Part shown: piece after piece, positions 18,277 through 27,504 of the stretch | Position numbering within the stretch: position 1 is the stretch's first letter | Layout: each line of letters begins with the position of its first letter | Virus record (IMG/VR): IMGVR_UViG_3300044259_000241 | Coordinates: 1 to 45,480 of that record | Direction: 5' to 3' (one strand) | From: a virus | Taxonomy: Duplodnaviria > Caudoviricetes | DNA length: 45,480 nt | Translations under genes and position numbers: made by a program | Notes under the pieces: generated by a model | The model's input: only the letters and a program-made list of their open reading frames with translations | What the model was told of the DNA's origin: nothing | The model's database searches: none

Positions 18277-19260
18277 TTAATTTTTTTCCCACCTCTTACG
18301 CTCTTCCGCCAACTTATCCGCCAGCCCTTCGTTGAATATGCTGCCGTCGTCGTTGAGCAGCACCGGAATCTGGCTGCAATAGCAGTTGTACCGGTTGCCG
18401 TTCTCAGCGTAGAAGTCCCGCACCTCTTCGGTGGTGTAAACCAGGCCGTGACGACTGGCGTGCCAGGTGCGCGTCGTTGGCTTAAGCGCTGACAACCACA
18501 TCAGGCCGGTATTCAGCCCCAGCCTGTCAGCAGCCCAGTCCGTTTCATTCCATTGCGCCTGCCGCAGTGCGCCAACCTGCTCAGTCTGAGCGATAGTCTT
18601 TGCCTTCGACATCGACACATCGAGGCGCTTGCTGATGACGCTGGCCGTTTCGCGTGGATTCACGCCACGCGCTACCGCATCGGTGATGATGTTGGTCAGA
18701 TCGCCGCGAGCGGTGTCGCTGATGACCTTCCAGTCGCTGAACGTTGTCAGCCTGGCCGCCGCCACCTGATTAAGATGACCTGGGCTATTTAAAAGCTGCT
18801 GTAACGTTGTCTGGCTGGCGTACACCTGCGACTGCTGTGAGAGGTTATTGAAGGCCTCCAGCGTGCCGCGCTGCGCTTCTGCGACGACGTAATCCATTGC
18901 CCAGAGATTTTGCTCGCCACCTTCCAGCAGATAATCGTCGAGAATCGACTGCACCGCTTCGAGGAGGTCTGCCAGTTCCTGCGGCGTCATGTCATAGATG
19001 AACTTGCCGGCGTTGACCTGGTAGAGCCGCATATCTTCGCCGTGGTCGTGGCAAAGGAAGTGCCAGTTATGGCTGTTAACCTCACGCTCCCGCCCGGTCA
19101 GTCGCTGGTCGAACAGCACTTTCAGCGCGCGCTTGATGCCGAGATACCGGTCTTCGATATCCCGGAACATCGCGGTGACCTGCTTTGCCGATCGGGTCGG
19201 GTCAACCTTGCTGCGCGGAACTATCGGCAGTCCCACCTTTGCCGGCTGCCCAGGTGTCAT
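18277..19260 (-). CDS. Head morphogenesis protein (SPP1 gp7/Mu gpF-like)
   Basis: AKTIAQTE, TRTWHASRHG, RYNCYC motifs; follows the portal gene. Confidence 0.85.
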   Translation of the reverse strand: MTPGQPAKVGLPIVPRSKVDPTRSAKQVTAMFRDIEDRYLGIKRALKVLFDQRLTGREREVNSHNWHFLCHDHGEDMRLYQVNAGKFIYDMTPQELADLLEAVQSILDDYLLEGGEQNLWAMDYVVAEAQRGTLEAFNNLSQQSQVYASQTTLQQLLNSPGHLNQVAAARLTTFSDWKVISDTARGDLTNIITDAVARGVNPRETASVISKRLDVSMSKAKTIAQTEQVGALRQAQWNETDWAADRLGLNTGLMWLSALKPTTRTWHASRHGLVYTTEEVRDFYAENGNRYNCYCSQIPVLLNDDGSIFNEGLADKLAEERKRWEKN

Positions 19261-20671
19261 CGGCCAGTGGATCATCGGTTGTCACCTTCTCTTCCGGTTT
19301 CGGTGGTTCTTTTGGCTCTGGCTGCGGGTCGCTCCCCGCAACCTCGCGCAGCTCATTGGCAGAAAACGGTGGTTCACCGCCGTAGAAGCCAGTGGTTTTC
19401 TGCACGATATCGGCCAGTTTCGAAGCGTTTTCAATCTTCTCTTTCTCGCCTGGCGCCAGCAGGTCGCTCCACGAGATAGTGACCTCGCCTTTTGTCGGCG
19501 GATCAATGATGCCAAGCGTCCAGAAGCGCTCCAATAACGCGGTGATGCGGTCAGTCATGAAGCCATTACGGCGCGTGTTGCGGCGGATAGCCCAGTCCGT
19601 TTTATCCTCGTCGCTCGCCAGTCGTCCGGTCTGCTGACCGAACAGGATGGTGAACGGGATCTGCACGGAGGCGGCCAGTTCGTTGGCGGTTACTTCCCAG
19701 GTCGGCCCCGGGTCACCAGGCGTCACGCTGAGAACGTGCATTTGTCCGGCCTGCATGACGGCCGCCGCGTCAGTACCACGGTTCAGCTTGCTGACCTTGT
19801 CGCCCATCGCCTCGCCGAGATCGGCATAACCAGCCTTTTTGGCCTGTTCGGCCAGCGTGTTCATGTCCGTTTCTTTGCTGAACTCCACCGCGATTTGGCG
19901 GCTGGCATTCTTCAGGAAGCCCTCAGCGCCGCCACCAGATACTTTCTCAAGATCGAGACCTTTGTTGTAGCCAGCCTCAAGCAATGGGATGCCTGACAGG
20001 ACGTTGTCGTCTTCAGAGCCTTCGCAGAAGAGGATAACGCGGCTCGGGTGCACCGGTTCGCCGCGCAGCGGGCCGACGAATTGCTCATCGCCAACAGGCT
20101 GCTCGTTGAAGTTGAACATCAGTGGTTGGGCGAAGGTCTGGGATAGGCGATCGTTATCCCATTCAGCGACCGTTAATTGCGGCTCCCATACAGGGATAAG
20201 CTTCACAAGGGCAGACTCACCCAGAGTTTTTACCAGTTTGATATCAACCGGTTCACTCCATGGCTTACTGTCCTTGATCTGCAATATCAGGGCTGAGTAT
20301 CGGCCAACCATGTTTCGGCGGTCGGCATCCTTCACCTTCGGCCACAACTTCTTCATGAACTTGGTGACTTTCTTTTCCCAGGCGTTTGTTTTCTCAGCCT
20401 CCTGCGCTTCATCACCGTCAACTATTACCGGATAGTCCTGCCAGCAACCATCCAGCAGACGATGCACCACAGCGAAGCCAGCGGCGTTGCGGCGGTACAT
20501 GTTGTAGAAGTCGTTGAAGGTAATCTCGCGCGGGTAGCCAAATTCCTGATAAAGCGTCGGGCGCTTCGTGTTGCCACCACCGATACCGATGGCATTCAGG
20601 TAATTCGCTCGCCGCATTTCAGTGGCGAGGTTGTTCACAGCCATCTGAAGGCCGTTATCTTGTTCGCTCAC
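19202..20671 (-). CDS. Portal protein (DUF1073-like)
   Basis: Follows the terminase; IPFTILFGQQTGRLAS motif. Confidence 0.88.
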   Translation of the reverse strand: MSEQDNGLQMAVNNLATEMRRANYLNAIGIGGGNTKRPTLYQEFGYPREITFNDFYNMYRRNAAGFAVVHRLLDGCWQDYPVIVDGDEAQEAEKTNAWEKKVTKFMKKLWPKVKDADRRNMVGRYSALILQIKDSKPWSEPVDIKLVKTLGESALVKLIPVWEPQLTVAEWDNDRLSQTFAQPLMFNFNEQPVGDEQFVGPLRGEPVHPSRVILFCEGSEDDNVLSGIPLLEAGYNKGLDLEKVSGGGAEGFLKNASRQIAVEFSKETDMNTLAEQAKKAGYADLGEAMGDKVSKLNRGTDAAAVMQAGQMHVLSVTPGDPGPTWEVTANELAASVQIPFTILFGQQTGRLASDEDKTDWAIRRNTRRNGFMTDRITALLERFWTLGIIDPPTKGEVTISWSDLLAPGEKEKIENASKLADIVQKTTGFYGGEPPFSANELREVAGSDPQPEPKEPPKPEEKVTTDDPLADDTWAAGKGGTADSSAQQG

Positions 20672-20683
20672 TGGCGATGCTCC

Positions 20684-22156
20684 TTAGAAGAATACTGTGC
20701 CGACCTGCTTGCGGTTGTTCTTCGTCACAGCGAGGTAACGGAAGCTGTCAGCACCGTGCGAGGTGGCGTCATGGAGAGGTTTGTCTTTCCAGCAGCCGCG
20801 CTTGTCGTCCCACTCCTTCCGGTAGCCCTCAAGGTGAGAGATACCTTCTGAGCATTTCTCCTCATCAAATACGCATTTCGGGAGGATTTCACGCGCCGAC
20901 TCAATGCCGGTATCGATGCCAGCTTTTGGCACCACTTTGAAATTCAGTGAGTACATCTGACCATCGATTTCGTAACCTTCACGCGCAAGCTCTTTGCGTG
21001 ACTTAGCATCAGCGGCAAACTCACGGTTTTCGATGTCGTGCGGCCCCCAGTGCTCGCCGTACTCATAGCCCCGGTCTTTCAGCACCTTCATGTAGTGCCT
21101 CAGCCCCTCGCCGGAGTTTTCGTAGTAGTCGATGATGTGGAACTCTTCGCCGACCTCACGAACGAACCATATCGCCGTGGAGTCACCCACACCGATATCC
21201 CAGAACGTGTGCACCGGGAGGTGTGAGTTATCCGGGATTTGGCCGATCCGCTTATTGGTGTAGAGCCAGCGGAACTGCTTGGCGTAGTACGCGCCCTCGA
21301 CCGACTGCTGGAACGCCTCGGCCGGAATGGTCGGGTATTCGCGCTTCATGTCATCGCCGAGCGTTTTCTCTTTGGCGTAGTACCAGGCTTTCTGGCGGTC
21401 GTTAATGACCACGCCGTGCTTCGCTTCCATCTCAGCGAAGTATTCAATCAGGCGCACCGGCAGTGCTTCGACAGGGTCGATTGCGTACTGCGGATTCTTC
21501 CACCAGGAGAAGAAGAAGAACTTCCAGTCCAGCGCGGATAAGGGCTTTCCCTGCAGCAACGCTTTCTCTGCCGTCTGGCAGTAATCGAAGAAGTAACCCG
21601 CCCGGCCCTCTGCCGTGCTCTCGATAGTAGCGAAGCATCCTGTCGATACTGCCTCAAACGCACCAGTGACGATTTCACGGGCTTTGTCTGGATACTTGGC
21701 GCATATCTTCCCGAACTCGGAAACGTGCAGGTAACGCAGCGTACCGCCACGAAATGACGTGCTTACGTAGAGCGATCCGCCCTTCTTAAAGACGAGCTCA
21801 CCAGAAGAGTCATTGCTGGCCGGGTTGGCCGCCTTTATCTCTGCAGGCAACTTGTCGTATGCGTACTTCACCTTTTCACGGAACAGGCGCTTTGCGTCAT
21901 TTAGCGTGTGGGCAATCAGGGCGCACTTCGCCGACTCGAACAAAGCCGCGTCAAGCTGGATGATGCACACCTCAGTGGTGAATCCGAGCTGGCGAGCTTT
22001 CAGGATGATGTTGCGGGTGTGGATCCCCTCAAAGTATTCCCGCTGTTCAGGCGTCATCCTGAAGCGCGTTGGCTTACCCTCTTTGTCGGTGATCCAGTAA
22101 AGGTTATTCAGCCGCCAGTCTTTATCGGACAGCAGCTTGATGTGCTCAGGTTTCAT
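20684..22156 (-). CDS. Terminase large subunit
   Basis: ILKARQLGFTT (Walker A), LHVSE (Walker B), WDIGVGD and HGADSFRY nuclease motifs. Confidence 0.95.
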   Translation of the reverse strand: MKPEHIKLLSDKDWRLNNLYWITDKEGKPTRFRMTPEQREYFEGIHTRNIILKARQLGFTTEVCIIQLDAALFESAKCALIAHTLNDAKRLFREKVKYAYDKLPAEIKAANPASNDSSGELVFKKGGSLYVSTSFRGGTLRYLHVSEFGKICAKYPDKAREIVTGAFEAVSTGCFATIESTAEGRAGYFFDYCQTAEKALLQGKPLSALDWKFFFFSWWKNPQYAIDPVEALPVRLIEYFAEMEAKHGVVINDRQKAWYYAKEKTLGDDMKREYPTIPAEAFQQSVEGAYYAKQFRWLYTNKRIGQIPDNSHLPVHTFWDIGVGDSTAIWFVREVGEEFHIIDYYENSGEGLRHYMKVLKDRGYEYGEHWGPHDIENREFAADAKSRKELAREGYEIDGQMYSLNFKVVPKAGIDTGIESAREILPKCVFDEEKCSEGISHLEGYRKEWDDKRGCWKDKPLHDATSHGADSFRYLAVTKNNRKQVGTVFF

Positions 22157-22671
22157 TACACCCCCTGAGACAGTGAATCCATCAGGTTAGACAGGTCATC
22201 AACCGTCTTATTGCCTTCCTCGGTGTCGAGGTTATACGCCTTGCGCTCAGCGTTTATAACTTTGATTTGAGCATCGACACCGGCCGTGATCGAACGAGAC
22301 ATTGAGGCATGATTTTCTTCCGTGATATCCGCATCTTCGAGGAAGTCGCGCAGCTTATTGGTGATGCCTCGCCATGCCGCCAAACTTTCCCGATGAGCCA
22401 TGACTACAGCAGCCGCCTCATCGGAGGCCTGGTCAATAATCTGCTCATCAGTAACCACTGGTGACTGGTTACCGTCTTTGGTTACCGACTTGGTTACCTT
22501 GGCTTTGGTTGCCGCCCTGACCTTTTCTGTCAGGTCGCGCTGCCATCCTTCTTTGTTCGCTCTCTTCAGGATGGTGGCGTGGTTAACGCCATGCTTTTCA
22601 CCGATTGCCCTTACTGACAATGAACCAGCCCGGTAAGCCGATTCAATGGCCTCCCAATCTGGTTTGCTCAT
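22156..22671 (-). CDS. Terminase small subunit
   Basis: N-terminal HTH (PDWEAIESAYRAG...KRANKEGW); coupled to the large subunit. Confidence 0.85.
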   Translation of the reverse strand: MSKPDWEAIESAYRAGSLSVRAIGEKHGVNHATILKRANKEGWQRDLTEKVRAATKAKVTKSVTKDGNQSPVVTDEQIIDQASDEAAAVVMAHRESLAAWRGITNKLRDFLEDADITEENHASMSRSITAGVDAQIKVINAERKAYNLDTEEGNKTVDDLSNLMDSLSQGV

Positions 22672-22674
22672 TGG

Positions 22675-22881
22675 TTACTCCGTCGTTTGTTCGGTCTGCT
22701 GTTCCGGTACTGGCGTGAACTGCACGCGCTTCACGTCGCCAGGAGCGAAGTAAAGCCACTCGCCCGTTTCAGTCGCAAGCGGCACAAAGCCGTTAACCAG
22801 CTCAGGCTGACGTCGTGACATCTTGCCCGTGAAGGTTTCGCCTGTTTGGGTGGTTAGCGTGATTTGGTAGATGTCGGACAT
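22675..22881 (-). CDS. Hypothetical protein
   Basis: 68-aa ORF directly upstream of terS. Confidence 0.7.
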   Translation of the reverse strand: MSDIYQITLTTQTGETFTGKMSRRQPELVNGFVPLATETGEWLYFAPGDVKRVQFTPVPEQQTEQTTE

Positions 22882-22890
22882 TGAGGGCCT

Positions 22891-22940
22891 CTTTATCCGC
22901 TTGAAGGGATATTCAGTGCTTTATCCCTTGTAGGGGATAT
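22891..22940. repeat. Tandem imperfect 22-bp palindromic repeats
   Basis: CTTTATCCGCTTGAAGGGATAT (22891-22912) and CTTTATCCCTTGTAGGGGATAT (22919-22940). Confidence 0.7.
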
Positions 22941-22979
22941 CCATTATCGAAGCCCCTCAGTGAAGAGCTTCTTTAATGG

Positions 22980-23252
22980 CTACAGCAGTGGGCTGCATAG
23001 CGCGCCGGTATTGCGAGGGTGGCGGCCAAAGACGTTAATCTTCTCTCGAACGCTTTCGCTGCACATTCTCTCTACGATTCGCCAATCAGCTTTTTCAGGC
23101 GTGGTTTTCACAGCGACTGCTGAAATGACACGCTCTAACACTCGGCGCAGTGTGCATACCGTACGGCTGATACTGAAACTGGTTAGCGAAAGTGAAGCGA
23201 CAAGCGCCCAGCACCCAGTTAGGAAAGTGAAGATGCGCGGGTAATTAGCCAT
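22980..23252 (-). CDS. Hypothetical protein with a hydrophobic N-terminus
   Basis: RBS AGGAG; lies downstream of Rz. Confidence 0.65.
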   Translation of the reverse strand: MANYPRIFTFLTGCWALVASLSLTSFSISRTVCTLRRVLERVISAVAVKTTPEKADWRIVERMCSESVREKINVFGRHPRNTGALCSPLL

Positions 23253-23286
23253 GTATTACTCCTGTTTGTTGGTTATCAGCACCCGT

Positions 23287-23757
23287 TTATTTGAGGCACT
23301 GCTCTTTGATGTAAACCTGCAAATAGCCGACCTGCTTCGTCACTGTGACGATTCGCTCTCTGAGGGTGAAATAATCCCGTTCAGCGGAGTCAGTAAGTCG
23401 GGGGCCGGTAGCATCGCCCATGCCGCCGGGGACGGTCGTTCCGTTGGCAGGGCATTTTGCGTTGACGTGCAGCCCACACTTGCCAGAGCTAACGCAACGC
23501 TGCAAATCATCAAGCTGCTTTTTCGCATCAGCTAAGTCCTTCGTGTATTTGGCATCCAGTGCAGCGACATCACGCTGACGCACCTGCATATCTTTGATGG
23601 TGTCGTTAGCCAGGCTGAGATTCTTGGTGGCTTTATCACGCTGGTCTTTATAGGTGATGGCGTTGTCGCGGTATTTGTTAACGAGGAACGCCAGCACACC
23701 GATTAACGCCAGCACCAGCAGCTGCAACCAATAACGCTTTGCCAGTGCCGCTATCAC
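23287..23757 (-). CDS. Rz: i-spanin
   Basis: N-terminal TM segment; [18 protein letters not shown] and [12 protein letters not shown] as in lambda Rz. Confidence 0.92.
   Translation of the reverse strand: MIAALAKRYWLQLLVLALIGVLAFLVNKYRDNAITYKDQRDKATKNLSLANDTIKDMQVRQRDVAALDAKYTKDLADAKKQLDDLQRCVSSGKCGLHVNAKCPANGTTVPGGMGDATGPRLTDSAERDYFTLRERIVTVTKQVGYLQVYIKEQCLK
23340..23528 (-). CDS. Rz1: o-spanin lipoprotein nested in Rz
   Basis: Lipobox-like SVGC; Pro-rich mature part; shifted frame inside Rz. Confidence 0.85.
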   Translation of the reverse strand: MRKSSLMICSVALALASVGCTSTQNALPTERPSPAAWAMLPAPDLLTPLNGIISPSESESSQ

Positions 23758-24194
23758 GACAGGAACAGAGCACGCTCCGCCTCACGCCGACGTGTCAGCC
23801 CATTCAGTACTTTGCCACCAGCCTTATTCCAGCGCAGGAACTCGTCGGCAGCACCAGCGTAATCACCGGAGTTGAGTTTCCGCAGGAGAGTCGATGTCGA
23901 CAAGGACCGGGCGCCGAGGTTATACGTGAACGACACCAGGGCATCGAACTGGCCCTGATTCAGCCCCACTTTAACCAGGCGGGACACGTCGCTTTCGTAA
24001 CTGACCAGCCCGGTCTTCAGCAGGCGCTCTGCCGTCTCCTGCTTAATCGTCATTCCGGCGCGGATTGGTTTCCCATCTACAGGCTGAGTCCAGCCATAGC
24101 CGATCGTCCAGACGCCTACGCTGTCCTGGTAGGCTGTGAGTTTGCAACCTTCGAACTCTTTAATCAGGGCAATGCCTTTATCACTGGTTCGCAT
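23754..24194 (-). CDS. Endolysin, GH24 lysozyme
   Basis: [21 protein letters not shown] (E-D-T triad); GLTRRREAE. Confidence 0.95.
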   Translation of the reverse strand: MRTSDKGIALIKEFEGCKLTAYQDSVGVWTIGYGWTQPVDGKPIRAGMTIKQETAERLLKTGLVSYESDVSRLVKVGLNQGQFDALVSFTYNLGARSLSTSTLLRKLNSGDYAGAADEFLRWNKAGGKVLNGLTRRREAERALFLS

Positions 24195-24522
24195 CACCAC
24201 CTCCGAATCGAGAACTAAACACCCTGCCAGCTACAGCTTTAACCTGTTCAACACCAACAAAGCCCAGCGCTCCACCTATAGCAATTGACAGTGACTGCGG
24301 AAGGTTAAAGTAATCAAGAGCTGAGACAGCTGTAAGAGTTAGCGCTCCGCAAATAGAGCCCTCCAGAATCATTTTCTTCCAGCCACCACCGCCGTAGGCG
24401 ATCCTCATGGCAGCCATGACCACCGACAGCAATACGGCACCCATCGGCGTTTCACCGCGCCACCAGCTGTGGAGCAGTTCGATAAACTCCGTCCAGGAGT
24501 GGGGATCGTTATGCATTTTCAT
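24181..24522 (-). CDS. Lambda S-family holin with dual-start motif
   Basis: Met-Lys-Met start; three hydrophobic segments; precedes the lysozyme. Confidence 0.88.
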   Translation of the reverse strand: MKMHNDPHSWTEFIELLHSWWRGETPMGAVLLSVVMAAMRIAYGGGGWKKMILEGSICGALTLTAVSALDYFNLPQSLSIAIGGALGFVGVEQVKAVAGRVFSSRFGGGDANQ

Positions 24523-24563
24523 CGTCTCTCACCTCGCTATGTGCGGGTGCTGTGCGTAAAAAT

Positions 24564-24589
24564 AAAAAAGGCCGCCAAAAGGCAGCCTT
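24564..24589 (-). terminator. Terminator upstream of the holin
   Basis: Minus strand AAGGCTGCC-TTTT-GGCGGCCTTTTTT. Confidence 0.7.
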
Positions 24590-24606
24590 AGTATTAGTTA
24601 GTGTAA

Positions 24607-24795
24607 TTATTCGGGCGGCGAAAGAGGCCCCTGTAAAACTTCGGCTTCGCCGTTGTCGCAGATGTCATCGCCCTGCGTCAAATGCCAGACCCCTGTTATG
24701 GATCGGCCTGTTTCCAGGTCTTCAGTTACACCGTGGGTATAGTAAGCGACCTGCCTGATGCCGTTGTGCTGTATCCAATAAAAACCCTCTTCCAT
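24607..24795 (-). CDS. Small acidic moron protein
   Basis: RBS GGAGGGG; TATAAT at 24822-24827 on the minus strand; flanked by terminators. Confidence 0.75.
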   Translation of the reverse strand: MEEGFYWIQHNGIRQVAYYTHGVTEDLETGRSITGVWHLTQGDDICDNGEAEVLQGPLSPPE

Positions 24796-24876
24796 ATCCC
24801 CTCCCGAAAGTTGATGAGGAAATTATAAGAGGCTACAGATTTGATGGTTTTAGAAATTCTTAAATCGTTATTAAGC

Positions 24877-24905
24877 AAAAAACCCCGCGGTGTTAACCGC
24901 AGGGC
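24877..24905 (-). terminator. tR'-like terminator
   Basis: Minus strand CCCTGCGG-TTAACA-CCGCGGGGTTTTTT. Confidence 0.8.
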
Positions 24906-24920
24906 TTTAAACGAAGGCAG

Positions 24921-24966
24921 TAACCCATCGTTGGAGAGAAATTAACACAGATTCGGGAAAAGTAAA
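24921..24966 (-). promoter_or_regulatory. Late promoter pR' with sigma-dependent pause element
   Basis: TTTACT...TGTTAATTT then AACGATGGGTTA, matching the start of the lambda pR' transcript; directly after Q. Confidence 0.8.
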
Positions 24967-25003
24967 TAGCTCGCTATAAAATTCAACACGATTATATAGG
25001 CCA

Positions 25004-25819
25004 TTACCGAGTTATTGCTCTCAGCTGTGATTCCGCCCACGCTTCTTCCATGTCGAATTTGATGATCAACTGGTCGTAGAACGGCTTCACTGACTTTTTC
25101 CAGGTATCCAGAGTGATGGCATCTGTTATCTGGCAAACAGCCGCATAGGCTTCTGTTGATGGAATGCGTTCATACCCGCGACCACTGCAGCGCTTGCAAT
25201 CGGACAGAACCGGTACACCCTGCTTCTCAGTGAGTTCCTGGTTCACCGCTTTCCCGCGCCCGTGACAGTCATTGCAGGCACAGCTGACCACCTTCTTACC
25301 CTTACAGGCTGAGCACAGTATTCGAGCCACCTCTTTCACCTGCCGTTTGACCTCGAAATCGCCCGGCGATTGCTTAAGGTCTTTTGCCCACTGCGGGAGC
25401 TTCATGGTGTAGTGCGATTTCATTGTGAACACATCAGCCTCAATGAACCCCTCACCATCGCAACAATCACACTTTTTCGTGCTGGCGGCGCTGCGCGAGT
25501 AATCTTCAAAAGCGAAGGTAGCCAACTGGTATATCACCAGCGGCTTAACAGCGGTATCCAGTTTGCGGAGCGCTGCCACCTTATCGCATTTTGTCAGGGC
25601 ATACTGGGCCAGCAACTCAATCGCCCTCTCCCGGTCATTGTTGCTGATACCCATCTTCCCGAGAAAGGCGCTGTAACCCAAAGCTGCCAGTTCCTGCGTC
25701 ATGCCCATAGCGGCCATGATGTCTGTACCGGTTAATGAGTCTGACGCAGTAGCGCGCGGAGAGTCGCTAATCAGCGTGGATTTAGCGAAGTGGTATTTCA
25801 CTGTATTTTCGAGATTCAT
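25004..25819 (-). CDS. Q: Late antiterminator, lambda Q type
   Basis: SDSPRATASDSLTGTDIMAAMGM and ATFAFEDYSRSAA resemble lambda Q; several CxxC motifs. Confidence 0.92.
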   Translation of the reverse strand: MNLENTVKYHFAKSTLISDSPRATASDSLTGTDIMAAMGMTQELAALGYSAFLGKMGISNNDRERAIELLAQYALTKCDKVAALRKLDTAVKPLVIYQLATFAFEDYSRSAASTKKCDCCDGEGFIEADVFTMKSHYTMKLPQWAKDLKQSPGDFEVKRQVKEVARILCSACKGKKVVSCACNDCHGRGKAVNQELTEKQGVPVLSDCKRCSGRGYERIPSTEAYAAVCQITDAITLDTWKKSVKPFYDQLIIKFDMEEAWAESQLRAITR

Positions 25820-25935
25820 GCTGCTGCCCTCTCTGGCTGTTTGGTCTGCTTGTTCTGCCCGTGTTTTGCAATCGGCGGCATATTTGCGCGCTTAACGCTT
25901 TCTGCCTGGTACTTTTCGAAATCAGCTCTGGTCAT
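25816..25935 (-). CDS. Small protein, 39 aa (MTRADFEKYQAESVKRANMPP...)
   Basis: Translated by hand; ATGA overlap with Q. Confidence 0.6.
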   Translation of the reverse strand: MTRADFEKYQAESVKRANMPPIAKHGQNKQTKQPERAAA

Positions 25936-26122
25936 GATTCCACCACTCCCGTGCTGACTTTCTGTATTCAGGGTTTTCTGTCTGACAGATAATTTCCGCT
26001 CGATCGCCGCTTATCAGTTCGCGAGCTTTCGCATACAGCCTTTCTCTTTTCGAAAGCTGTGTCGTTTCATACCAGGTGCTGGCAACGAACTTTCTCGCTT
26101 CAACTGGAGTGAATGCCTTCAT
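25922..26122 (-). CDS. Hypothetical nin-region protein
   Basis: ATGA overlap with ninG. Confidence 0.7.
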   Translation of the reverse strand: MKAFTPVEARKFVASTWYETTQLSKRERLYAKARELISGDRAEIICQTENPEYRKSAREWWNHDQS

Positions 26123-26760
26123 GCGGCCTCCCGCTGTTTCAGTGCTTTGAGCTTGGCGCGGTACTCATCGCGGATCCGGATGAAGTCTTCCCGGCGGTAG
26201 TTGGTCATTTCGTGGGGGCCATTGAGCCAGTCGACGTATTCCCGCCCGTAACGAGCTACCAGGCCAGCTTCGTATTGCTGCGCGACTGTCGCCTCTTTGG
26301 CGGTGTACTTGCCAGCTCCGGCATTACATGATTTGCACTGCTTATGGGCGTTTCGCTCTTCAAAGCGCAGTTCAGGATTAGCGCCGACCGTTTTGAAGTG
26401 CCCGCAGTCCCATTGTCCGCCATGCAGATCGGGTGGGTTGGTCTCACCGCAGCTGATGCATGGCAAATCAGCATCACGCGCGCGGATGTATGCGTTGAAA
26501 GCCTGCTGAGCCTGAGCTTTGTAGTAACCGGCAGGACGTAGCTCTGCCAGTCGCTCCTTGCGGCGTTTGCGCCCTGCTTTCTCGGCCTCTTTCTGCTCCT
26601 TAATGCGTTTAGCTGCGGCTTTCACCTTCTCCTTTTCGCGTTCTTCCATCGCGAGGATTGTGCCGTGCTCCGGACAGCACCAGCGGATCCGGATGTCGTG
26701 GAATTTCGGCACGAAGTATTCACCGCATACTTTGCACTTACGGCGGGATGGTTTACGCAT
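26119..26760 (-). CDS. ninG: NinG/Rap recombination endonuclease
   Basis: RRKCKVC, AQQAFNAYIRARD, PCISCG, WDCGH, HKQCKSCN. Confidence 0.92.
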   Translation of the reverse strand: MRKPSRRKCKVCGEYFVPKFHDIRIRWCCPEHGTILAMEEREKEKVKAAAKRIKEQKEAEKAGRKRRKERLAELRPAGYYKAQAQQAFNAYIRARDADLPCISCGETNPPDLHGGQWDCGHFKTVGANPELRFEERNAHKQCKSCNAGAGKYTAKEATVAQQYEAGLVARYGREYVDWLNGPHEMTNYRREDFIRIRDEYRAKLKALKQREAA

Positions 26761-26923
26761 GACCCCTCCGTGCCGCGAGACGCAGCCATTTCTGATCCAC
26801 CAGGCGGGCGGTGTAGTCCTTCAGTGTCGGGATGTCGGACGGCTTAACCACTGGCTTACGCTTGCGGTGAGCCGGAACGCGGAAGATTTCGTTGGCGATG
26901 ACGCGGGAAAGTGGAGTAGACAT
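26753..26923 (-). CDS. ninE: NinE family protein, 56 aa
   Basis: Translated by hand: MSTPLSRVIANEIFRVP...KPSDIPTLKDYTARLVDQKWLRLAARR. Confidence 0.75.
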   Translation of the reverse strand: MSTPLSRVIANEIFRVPAHRKRKPVVKPSDIPTLKDYTARLVDQKWLRLAARRGHA

Positions 26924-27504
26924 CAGGCCTCCTGCTTATCGCGCAGCTGCTGGTACTCGCAACTGGATGTAGCAGAGCAATAACTCCACTTCATCCCCCT
27001 GTGCTCACCCTGTTTTCCATTGATCGACGCGTGCACTAACGCTGGGTTGCATCCGTACTTCTTAGTGGACTGCATCGATGGAAACCAGTACCCGAACCCA
27101 TCCCGCTCTGCGATTACAGGTGTTTTATTCCTGTTAGACAGACCGGTTTCATTAGCGTGCTTCATGTTCATGGCATGGGTGCACCACTCAAGATTCTCTG
27201 GCAGATTGTTGTGCTTATTTCCATCGATGTGGTTAACGTGTGGGTAGTTATTAGGATTTGGCACAAACGCGAGCGCCACGAACCGATGTAGCATTTCGTG
27301 TTTATTAGAAAGTGATACCCTGATGTATTGGGATGATGTGCATCCCTTTAGAATCCGCCCAGCAATAGTCCTGGTAGTCCAGGTCTTTTTGTCTGGTCCG
27401 CACGTAGTTACTTTGCGTGCCAAGCTACGTACGCGAGCAAGAGAGCTAACTTCAAACCGATCTTCATACCCCGGCACCGGCTTCCAAATTTCATTCTCAA
27501 ACAT
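26923..27504 (-). CDS. NUMOD4-HNH homing endonuclease
   Basis: EIWKPVPGYEDRFEVSSLARVRS (NUMOD4); HRFVALAF...VNHIDGNKHNNLPENLEWCT (HNH). Confidence 0.92.
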   Translation of the reverse strand: MFENEIWKPVPGYEDRFEVSSLARVRSLARKVTTCGPDKKTWTTRTIAGRILKGCTSSQYIRVSLSNKHEMLHRFVALAFVPNPNNYPHVNHIDGNKHNNLPENLEWCTHAMNMKHANETGLSNRNKTPVIAERDGFGYWFPSMQSTKKYGCNPALVHASINGKQGEHRGMKWSYCSATSSCEYQQLRDKQEA

